This document shows, piece after piece, positions 1 through 6,811 of a stretch of DNA of 10,564 nt. Source of the DNA: a virus (taxonomy: Duplodnaviria > Heunggongvirae > Uroviricota > Caudoviricetes); the IMG/VR virus record IMGVR_UViG_3300029841_000003. The stretch is one strand, 5' to 3'. A program made the translations under genes and the position numbers. Positions within the stretch are counted from its first letter, which is position 1. Each line of letters starts with the position of its first letter. Under the pieces are notes generated by a model. The model was not told the DNA's origin. It did not search any database and saw nothing but the letters and a program-made list of their open reading frames with translations.

Positions 1-754
1 TCTCAGTACCCACCATAAAGAAAGTTGCCTTTGCATTATTTTCTTCCAGACAGTCCAGAAGACGGTCTGTAAAAGAACTGGGACCATCATCAAAAGTAAG
101 GGCGACCGACTTCTTTGCCGTAGATGTACCGGACTTGTCAGAGGTGTCTGACTTACCTGAAGATTTCTTCTTCGAGGATTTTTTCTTTGGTGTATAATCT
201 TTCAGAGAACCATCTGTATCCAGTTCATAAGTTTTCTTATCTATTATTACAGTCCCTGTCTGCAGAATGCCATCCATATCAAAATAATACCGCTTCTTTC
301 CGATATCTGTCCAGCCTGTCTGCATAATACCGGTCTCATCCATATAGTACTGTTTCCCGTCTGTATCTGTGAACCATCCTGTGTATGGTTTATCATCCAC
401 CAGAAACATCCAGTTACTTCCGCTGGAAGCCCAGCTGCCCTCTGATGCCTCAGGCGAGATATCAGTGCTTAATGCAGGACCGCCCGGAGAAGTCTCAGAT
501 GAATCTGAAGAAGTGCGTCCAAACAGTTTCCCGGAAGAAGAATCCGTAAAATTATCATTGCTATCAGTCAATGTTTCCTCAGAAGTAAACTCCGCAGAAT
601 CCTGATCTTCTGACACGAAAGCTCCGGCATCGCTGATGGCATCTGCCTGTGAAGTCACAGCGGAAGAACGGGTGAAAATTCCTCCAAGTATCAGACACAG
701 AATAACAGAAAGTGCGATCAGCCACCGGTTTGTACGTGGTAAATTATCTGACAT
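1..754 (-). CDS. Polysaccharide (peptidoglycan GlcNAc) deacetylase family protein with N-terminal membrane anchor and cell-wall/choline-binding-like repeats; runs off the left edge
   Basis: Not in the ORF track (no stop inside window). Manual translation from ATG 754 with GGAGG SD upstream: MSDNLPRTNRWLIALSVILCLILGGIF (hydrophobic anchor), Ser/Asp-rich linker, repeats YTGWFTDTDGKQYYMDETGIMQTGWTDIEKKRYYFDMDGILQTG, Lys/Ser linker, then NodB/CE4 motif 1 VALTFDDGP and AKATFFMVG. Confidence 0.9.
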   Translation of the reverse strand, partial: MSDNLPRTNRWLIALSVILCLILGGIFTRSSAVTSQADAISDAGAFVSEDQDSAEFTSEETLTDSNDNFTDSSSGKLFGRTSSDSSETSPGGPALSTDISPEASEGSWASSGSNWMFLVDDKPYTGWFTDTDGKQYYMDETGIMQTGWTDIGKKRYYFDMDGILQTGTVIIDKKTYELDTDGSLKDYTPKKKSSKKKSSGKSDTSDKSGTSTAKKSVALTFDDGPSSFTDRLLDCLEENNAKATFFMVGTE

Positions 755-808
755 GAAAGCCTCCTTTTTGATAAAATCAGTGACAAAAAAGATATCCTGT
801 CATTCGAT

Positions 809-837
809 ATCATACAATAAAATCTGACAAAATACAA
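809..837 (-). promoter_or_regulatory. Putative sigma-A promoter of the deacetylase gene
   Basis: Minus strand TTGTAT (837-832), 17 bp spacer, TATGAT (814-809), about 55 bp upstream of ATG 754. Confidence 0.5.
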
Positions 838-889
838 GGCGATTCCCCATTCCTGCCCTTTTGAAAAAAATTCCAGAAAAATTTCACCG

Positions 890-918
890 TTGATAAGATG
901 TACAAAAAATTATATAAT
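890..918 (+). promoter_or_regulatory. Sigma-A promoter of rluF-ligA-metA
   Basis: TTGATA (890-895), 17 bp spacer, perfect TATAAT (913-918); ATG 925 follows 6 nt later. Confidence 0.7.
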
Positions 919-924
919 AGAACA

Positions 925-1869
925 ATGGACGAAAAAATCAGAATAAACAAATATTTAAGCGAGGCAGGCATATGCTCCAGACGGGAAGCCGACCGGATGA
1001 TCGAAGAGGGAAGGATTACGGTAAACGGAAAAAAAGCAGAAAGCGGTCAGAAAGTCAGCCTGGAAGATGAGGTCTGTGCAGACAATATACCTGTCCATAA
1101 AAATGAAAAAAAAGTACTGCTTCTTTTTAACAAACCCAGAGGGATCGTGTGCAGTACAAAGCAGCAGTTTGATGAGACAACGGTAACAGATTATCTGGAT
1201 TATCCTCTGCGTGTTTATCCTGTGGGCAGACTGGATAAAGAATCACAGGGCCTTCTCCTTCTGACAAATGAAGGAGATCTGGTCAATAAGATCATGCGCG
1301 CCGGAAACTATCATGAGAAAGAATATTTTGTGACAGTGAATAAGCCGGTGGACAGGGAATTTGTCCGAAGGATGAGCAAGGGAGTCCCTGTTCTTGATAC
1401 AGTGACCAGACCATGCAGAGTGGTGCAGACAGGAGAATGCAGCTTTCGGATCATTCTGACACAGGGACTGAACCGGCAGATCCGCAGAATGTGCCGGTAT
1501 CTGGGATATGAGGTACAGAAGCTGAAAAGGATCAGGATCATGAATCTGACTCTGGACGGGATCAGAGAAGGCGAATACAGAGAGATCACAGCACAGGAAT
1601 GGGAAGAACTGAACCATTTACTGGAATCTTCCACAAGTGAAACAGTGATCAGAACAGGAGAACAGAATGGAAACAGCAGCGATCATGCGAATGAAAGAGC
1701 TGGTGCAAAAGCTGGACAGGGCAGCAAAGGCGTATTACCAGCAGGATACAGAGATCATAAGCAACAGAGAGTACGATCAGATGTACGACGAGCTTCAGGC
1801 TCTGGAGAAAGAGACAGGCACTGTTCTGGCAAACAGCCCAACCATAAGCGTAGGGTACGAGGCAGTTGA
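925..1869 (+). CDS. rluF: 23S rRNA pseudouridine synthase, RluF-like (RsuA family, S4 domain); likely start 925 rather than 898
   Basis: S4 domain RINKYLSEAGICSRREADRMIEEGRITVNG, NKPRG, catalytic GRLD, NKIMRAGNYHEKEY, LTQGLNRQIRRM resembling RluF. ATG 898 lies inside the promoter. Basic low-complexity tail overlaps ligA. Confidence 0.88.
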   Translation: MDEKIRINKYLSEAGICSRREADRMIEEGRITVNGKKAESGQKVSLEDEVCADNIPVHKNEKKVLLLFNKPRGIVCSTKQQFDETTVTDYLDYPLRVYPVGRLDKESQGLLLLTNEGDLVNKIMRAGNYHEKEYFVTVNKPVDREFVRRMSKGVPVLDTVTRPCRVVQTGECSFRIILTQGLNRQIRRMCRYLGYEVQKLKRIRIMNLTLDGIREGEYREITAQEWEELNHLLESSTSETVIRTGEQNGNSSDHANERAGAKAGQGSKGVLPAGYRDHKQQRVRSDVRRASGSGERDRHCSGKQPNHKRRVRGS

Positions 1870-3625
1870 CCAGCTTCCAAAAGAAGAACACGAATCCCCC
1901 ATGCTGTCTCTGGACAAGACTAAGGACAGAGAAGTTCTGAGGGAATTTATCGGGGAACACAAAACGCTTCTGTCATGGAAGCTGGACGGACTGACGATCG
2001 TTCTTACCTACGAGAATGGAGGACTTGCCAAAGCAGTTACACGTGGAAACGGTGTGACAGGAGAGGTTGTCACCAATAATGCCAGAGTATTTAAGAACGT
2101 TCCTCTTAAAATCCCGTATCAGGGAAGACTGGTGTTACGCGGGGAAGCGATCATTACCTATTCAGACTTTGAACGGATCAATGAATCCATAGAAGACGTT
2201 GATGCGAAATACAAGAATCCGAGAAACTTATGCAGCGGTTCTGTCCGCCAGTTAAACAATGAGATCACAGCCCGCAGGAATGTGCGTTTCTACGCATTTA
2301 CGCTGGTAAGCGCCGACGGGGTTGATTTCCATAATTCAAGAGCCCGGCAGTTTGAATGGCTGAAAGAACAGGGATTTGATGTAGTGGAATACAGGACAGT
2401 CACAGCTTCAACGCTGGATGAAGCCATGGAATATTTTTCAACTGCGATCACTGAGAATGATTTTCCGTCGGACGGACTGGTTGCTCTTTATGATGATATT
2501 GCATACGGAGATTCCCTTGGAAGAACGGCGAAATTTCCCAGAAATGCTTTTGCATTCAAATGGGCAGATGAGATCAGAGAAACCCATCTTCTGGAGATCG
2601 AATGGAGCCCGTCAAGAACAGGGCTGATCAATCCGGTGGCTGTTTTTGAACCGGTTGAGCTGGAGGGAACCACTGTGAGCCGCGCCAGCGTACACAATGT
2701 GAGCATTCTAAAAGAATTGCAGCTTGGTATCGGGGATACGATCACTGTATATAAAGCAAATATGATCATTCCGCAGATTGCAGAAAACCTCACACGCAGC
2801 AGTAAACTGGAAATTCCGGATACCTGCCCTGCATGTGGCCATGGAACACAGATACAGAAGGTAAATGATGTGGAGGCACTTTACTGTACAAATCCTGACT
2901 GTGCCGCAAAGAAGATCAAATCCTTTGCACTTTTTGCAAGCAGGGATGCCATGAACATTGACGGACTGTCAGAAGCAACACTGGAGAAATTCATTGCAAG
3001 AGGCTTTATTCATGATTTCGGAGATATTTTTGAGATTGGAAAGCATCGTGATGAGATTGTGGAGATGGACGGATTCGGGGAGAAATCCTTTGAGAACCTG
3101 ATGACCAGCCTTGATAAAGCTAAGGAGACTACTCTTGCGAAGGTGATCTACAGCCTTGGAATCGCCAATATCGGTCTTGCCAATGCAAAAGTGATCTGCA
3201 GGCATTTTGATGATGATCTGGAGAAGATCCGTCATGCAGATAAAGAGGAAATCAGCTCTATTGATACCATCGGACCGGTAATTGCCGGAAGTCTGACTGA
3301 TTATTTTTCAAACGAGGATAATAACAGAAAACTGGATCATCTGATGAGCCATCTGACTGTTAAGAAAGAAGAAAAGACAGGTGAGCAGATTTTCCGGAAC
3401 ATGAATTTCGTTATCACAGGAAGTGTGGAGCACTTTGCAAACAGAGCACAGGCAAAGGAATTTATTGAGTCTCTGGGAGGCAAGGTGACCGGATCAGTAA
3501 CATCGAAGACGAACTACCTGATCAATAATGACACAACTTCCAATTCTTCAAAGAATAAAAAAGCCAAAGAACTGGGAATTCCGATCCTTTCTGAAGAAGA
3601 TTTCCTGAAGATGGCACAACAATAA
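1667..3625 (+). CDS. ligA: NAD-dependent DNA ligase
   Basis: AGGAG SD at 1656-1660; PMLSLDK, adenylation motif KLDG, TRGNG, RGE, NPRN, DGLV, SRTG, C4 zinc finger (CPACG...CTNPDC), HhH motifs, C-terminal BRCT (FVITG...LGGKVTGSVTSKT). Confidence 0.97.
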   Translation: METAAIMRMKELVQKLDRAAKAYYQQDTEIISNREYDQMYDELQALEKETGTVLANSPTISVGYEAVDQLPKEEHESPMLSLDKTKDREVLREFIGEHKTLLSWKLDGLTIVLTYENGGLAKAVTRGNGVTGEVVTNNARVFKNVPLKIPYQGRLVLRGEAIITYSDFERINESIEDVDAKYKNPRNLCSGSVRQLNNEITARRNVRFYAFTLVSADGVDFHNSRARQFEWLKEQGFDVVEYRTVTASTLDEAMEYFSTAITENDFPSDGLVALYDDIAYGDSLGRTAKFPRNAFAFKWADEIRETHLLEIEWSPSRTGLINPVAVFEPVELEGTTVSRASVHNVSILKELQLGIGDTITVYKANMIIPQIAENLTRSSKLEIPDTCPACGHGTQIQKVNDVEALYCTNPDCAAKKIKSFALFASRDAMNIDGLSEATLEKFIARGFIHDFGDIFEIGKHRDEIVEMDGFGEKSFENLMTSLDKAKETTLAKVIYSLGIANIGLANAKVICRHFDDDLEKIRHADKEEISSIDTIGPVIAGSLTDYFSNEDNNRKLDHLMSHLTVKKEEKTGEQIFRNMNFVITGSVEHFANRAQAKEFIESLGGKVTGSVTSKTNYLINNDTTSNSSKNKKAKELGIPILSEEDFLKMAQQ

Positions 3626-3650
3626 AATAATAAGAACAGGAGATAAGATA

Positions 3651-4583
3651 ATGCCAATTAAAATACAGAGCGATCTGCCAGTAAAAGAGATTCTGGAAAA
3701 AGAAAATATTTTCGTGATGGATGAGTCACGTGCATCCCATCAGGATATCCGCCCCATTCAGATCCTCATTCTGAACCTGATGCCTCTGAAAGAGGAGACA
3801 GAGCTTCAGCTTCTGCGTTCCCTTTCCAACACACCGCTGCAGGTAGATGTCACCTTTATGGCAGTACAGAGCCATGAAGCGAAGAATACATCTGTGAGTC
3901 ATCTGAATAAATTTTATCAGACATTTCCGGAACTGAAAAATAACAAATATGATGGAATGATCATCACAGGTGCTCCTGTAGAGCAGATGGAATTCGAAGA
4001 GGTAGACTACTGGAAGGAACTGGTAGAAATCATGGACTGGACAAACACCCATGTTACCTCCACCATTTATCTGTGCTGGGCTGCACAGGCAGGACTCTAC
4101 CACCACTATGGACTGAAAAAGCGCAAACTTGATAAGAAGATGTTCGGTCTTTTCTGGCATAAAGTGATGAACCGTAAGATTCCGCTGGTACGCGGATTCG
4201 ACGATATGTTCCTTGCACCTCATTCCAGACATACGGAAGTTCCCATCGAGGATATCCATAACTGTAAAGAGCTGACAGTGCTTGCTGAATCCGATGAAGC
4301 AGGGCTTTTCCTTGCAATGGCAGACGGCGGCCGCAAGATCTTTGTAATGGGACATCCGGAATATGATCGTGTGACTCTTGATGGTGAGTACAAACGTGAT
4401 GTCAGCAAAAACCTGCCCATCGAAATCCCGGAGAATTATTACAAAGACAACAACCCGGAAAACAGACCGCTCCTTATGTGGAGAGCACATGCGAACAACC
4501 TGTATACAAACTGGCTGAATTACTATGTCTACCAGTCAACTCCGTTCGACCTGTATGGAACACCGGATTTCAGCGAGATTTAA
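3651..4583 (+). CDS. metA: Homoserine O-acyltransferase MetA (probably O-acetyltransferase, MetAA)
   Basis: AGGAG SD at 3638-3642; MPIKI, QDIRP, LNLMP, ITGAPVE, catalytic Cys142 in LCWAAQA, PHSR, GHPEYD, NWLNYYVYQ. Confidence 0.96.
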   Translation: MPIKIQSDLPVKEILEKENIFVMDESRASHQDIRPIQILILNLMPLKEETELQLLRSLSNTPLQVDVTFMAVQSHEAKNTSVSHLNKFYQTFPELKNNKYDGMIITGAPVEQMEFEEVDYWKELVEIMDWTNTHVTSTIYLCWAAQAGLYHHYGLKKRKLDKKMFGLFWHKVMNRKIPLVRGFDDMFLAPHSRHTEVPIEDIHNCKELTVLAESDEAGLFLAMADGGRKIFVMGHPEYDRVTLDGEYKRDVSKNLPIEIPENYYKDNNPENRPLLMWRAHANNLYTNWLNYYVYQSTPFDLYGTPDFSEI

Positions 4584-4640
4584 AAGGTTTGCGAGAAGTT
4601 CAATTTCACTATCTTACCGTATTTTTACGCATCTTTATGA

Positions 4641-4691
4641 AAAATGGTGTCAAAATGGTGTCAAAACTGTGAGAAAATGGTGTCAAAACTG
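4641..4691. repeat. Three copies of AAAATGGTGTC(AAAA) direct repeat
   Basis: Copies start at 4641, 4652 and 4674; copies 2 and 3 share 18 identical bp (AAAATGGTGTCAAAACTG). Confidence 0.85.
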
Positions 4692-4738
4692 AACAGTAAC
4701 CGGATATCTATATTCGTTTTGTCAGAATCAAAAACAGG

Positions 4739-4768
4739 TTGCTGAACAGACATAACCTATATTATAAT
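4739..4768 (+). promoter_or_regulatory. Putative promoter of the Uma2 gene
   Basis: TTGCTG (4739-4744), 18 bp spacer, TATAAT (4763-4768); GGAGG SD at 4791-4795. Confidence 0.45.
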
Positions 4769-4802
4769 GTACATATAACCAAACTCACTTGGAGGTGATA
4801 AT

Positions 4803-5360
4803 ATGCCATTACTTGAAGAGGAATATAGAAAAGAAGAGAAGATTAATGGTGTAATCTATGATATGTCACCATCACCAAATTATCAGCATGGGCTTGTAGA
4901 TGGTAATATTTATCGAATCATATCAACCGGTTTACAGGGAACACTGTGTTTAGCATTCATGGAGAATCTGGATTATAAATATCATGCACAGGAGAATAAT
5001 GATTATGTGATACCAGATGTGATGATTATATGTGACCGTAAGCATTTGAAAGGTGGTTCCTATACTGGTACACCCAGATTTATTGTGGAAACTCTTAGCC
5101 CGGCAACAGCATTAAGAGATATGACTGTGAAGAAAGAAATTTACCAGGCAGCAGGTGTAGAAGAGTATTGGATCATCTCACCGAAAGAAAGAGCAGTACA
5201 GATTTATTATCTTGAGGATGGTAAATATGATTTGAAGTATAGCTATATCTTGCAGGATGATCCAGAAGAAGAACATTATAATGCAGATACAGTGGTGACA
5301 CTGAAAGATTTTCCGAAAATCTCCATGACATTGGCAGAGATGTTTGAGAATGTAGAATAA
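4803..5360 (+). CDS. Uma2 family (DUF820) PD-(D/E)XK endonuclease-like protein
   Basis: EKINGVIYDMSPSPNYQH, VIPDVMIICD, GTPRFIVETLSPAT...D...KKEIYQAAGVEEYWIISP match the family pattern; strong SD. Confidence 0.92.
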   Translation: MPLLEEEYRKEEKINGVIYDMSPSPNYQHGLVDGNIYRIISTGLQGTLCLAFMENLDYKYHAQENNDYVIPDVMIICDRKHLKGGSYTGTPRFIVETLSPATALRDMTVKKEIYQAAGVEEYWIISPKERAVQIYYLEDGKYDLKYSYILQDDPEEEHYNADTVVTLKDFPKISMTLAEMFENVE

Positions 5361-5373
5361 TATGAGCAGCATG

Positions 5374-5406
5374 AAAGCCCTCGGGAGTTAATCCTGGGGG
5401 GCTTTT
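5374..5406 (+). terminator. Rho-independent terminator after Uma2 gene
   Basis: AAAGCCCTCGGGA-gttaa-TCCTGGGGGGCTTTT, GC-rich stem with G-U pairs followed by a T run. Confidence 0.7.
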
Positions 5407-5499
5407 GGTATAGCCAAATCCGTTGAAGTATGTTATTATATGCATCAGTTCTCAGAATCGGGAATATTCAGTTGAGATAAGAAAGGACACAACAATCAT

Positions 5500-5739
5500 A
5501 TGAACATAGGAAACAATATAGGAAATATCATGAAGATCACAGGCGCATGGAACACCTTTAAGAGCAATCATCCCAAGTTCCCGGCATTCTGTCAGGCAGT
5601 TTCACGCAAAGGGCTTAAAGAAGGAAGCATCATTGAAATTGCGATCACCACTCCTGAGGGAGAGAAGATTGAGACAAACCTGAAAGTAAAGGACAGTGAC
5701 CTGGAATTACTGAAACAGTTGTCTGACCTGAAAATGTGA
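5500..5739 (+). CDS. Small hypothetical protein (79 aa; alternative start at 5530)
   Basis: AAGGA SD upstream, host-like codon usage, fills the gap between terminator and next promoter; protein-like composition (NHPKFPAF...EGSIIEIAITTPEGEKIETNLKV). Confidence 0.75.
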   Translation: MNIGNNIGNIMKITGAWNTFKSNHPKFPAFCQAVSRKGLKEGSIIEIAITTPEGEKIETNLKVKDSDLELLKQLSDLKM

Positions 5740-5760
5740 AAAAGTTTACAAAAATTTTAT

Positions 5761-5789
5761 TTGAATAACAGGTATAAATCTGCTATAGT
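5761..5789 (+). promoter_or_regulatory. Sigma-A promoter with extended -10
   Basis: TTGAAT (5761-5766), 17 bp spacer, TGc-TATAGT (5781-5789). Confidence 0.6.
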
Positions 5790-5870
5790 ATTCTATGTTG
5801 GTTAAGTTGATTATTATTCGTTCCCATATATAAGAATGATAGGTTCTCAAAAGAAAGAAGAGGAAGAAAA

Positions 5871-6461
5871 TTGCGTAAAAAATCACATATTTTATTAGCA
5901 AGATACCTTGCGGATCAGATGCAGACCACAGCAAGCCTGCAGTCTCACAGAAAGGCTTTCTGTCTGGGCAGCATTCTGCCGGATATCAAACCGTCCTTTA
6001 TCACCAGAAGGCACGAGTTCTACGGAACATTTGAAGATGTCAAGAACCGGATGAAAGAACTGGCAGATATCAGACCGGATGAGAGTAACCAGAGAGTTTA
6101 CTGGCGGCGGTTCGGCGAAGTGATCCACTATATGGCGGATTATTTTACCTTTCCTCATAACAAAACATATACAGGAAGCTTCAGCCAGCATAATCATTAT
6201 GAGAAAGTACTTAAGAACAGACTGAAAGAATGTATACAGCAGGGAGAAGCATATGCATATCTGGAACCGGCCATCCGCTTCGCTGATTTCTCCACCCTGA
6301 TCGATTATATCGAAGCTACTCATGAGAAATACCTCAACAAGCTCCGCAGCGTGGAAGAGGATATCCGCTTTATCCTGAATATGTGTTTTCAGGTAGTGCA
6401 GGGACTGATACAGATCTGTATTGGTAATAAGAACTTTGCAGGAGCCATTCAGGCAGCCTGA
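5871..6461 (+). CDS. Zinc-dependent phospholipase C family protein (TTG start, no signal peptide)
   Basis: N-terminal SH, FCLGSILPD, RRHEF, GEVIHYMADYFTFPHN and HNHYE supply the His/Asp/Glu metal ligands typical of the Zn_dep_PLPC/P1-nuclease fold; GAGG SD upstream. Confidence 0.82.
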   Translation: MRKKSHILLARYLADQMQTTASLQSHRKAFCLGSILPDIKPSFITRRHEFYGTFEDVKNRMKELADIRPDESNQRVYWRRFGEVIHYMADYFTFPHNKTYTGSFSQHNHYEKVLKNRLKECIQQGEAYAYLEPAIRFADFSTLIDYIEATHEKYLNKLRSVEEDIRFILNMCFQVVQGLIQICIGNKNFAGAIQAA

Positions 6462-6474
6462 CAGAGATACGCTA

Positions 6475-6527
6475 AGAATACAGGAAGGCTGTGTGGAAAT
6501 CATATCCGCACAGCCTTCCTGCATTCT
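6475..6527. terminator. Long stem-loop after the PLC-family gene (terminator or mRNA-stability hairpin)
   Basis: 23-bp arms AGAATACAGGAAGGCTGTGTGGA / TCCGCACAGCCTTCCTGCATTCT with a 7-nt loop, one wobble and one mismatch; no clear U tract. Confidence 0.6.
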
Positions 6528-6651
6528 GAAACATATCTTCCTCACTGCTTGTTGCTTTTCGCAACTTCTGCAGGGGGACTTACTTGATTCGGTTAAAATG
6601 TGACAAAAAAATGAATTTTGGTCAAATCTGGAATTTACCTGCCCTGAGCTG

Positions 6652-6680
6652 TTGATTTCAAAAAATGATTATGCTAGAAT
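6652..6680 (+). promoter_or_regulatory. Sigma-A promoter with extended -10 for the NlpC/P60 gene
   Basis: TTGATT (6652-6657), 17 bp spacer, TGc-TAGAAT (6672-6680). Confidence 0.6.
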
Positions 6681-6811
6681 AAAACAGGTTAATATTTCGG
6701 GATAATTCACTTATGAAATAACATAATAATGTGAAAAGTAATTTAGACAGTATGCCCTTATAAACAGGGGGTAAGGACATGCTCACAGTAAGAAGGGAGC
6801 AATTTAGATAT

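Noticed and set aside
780..790. GTGACAAAAAA shared with 6600-6610, both near cell-wall enzyme genes
   Set aside because: Low-complexity 11-mer, inconsistent position and orientation, no match to the WalR direct repeat.
124..827. Three short + strand ORFs
   Set aside because: Antisense shadows of the deacetylase gene.
1651..1661. AGAACAGGAGA repeated at 3633-3643
   Set aside because: Explained by Shine-Dalgarno context.
3726..4490. 254-aa minus ORF, and similar long antisense ORFs such as 5895-6545 and 8151-8588
   Set aside because: Overlap confidently identified genes on the opposite strand and show no recognisable motifs.
4478..4672. 64-aa ORF ending KNGVKMVSKL
   Set aside because: Out-of-frame overlap with metA; its end is just the translated 11-bp repeat.
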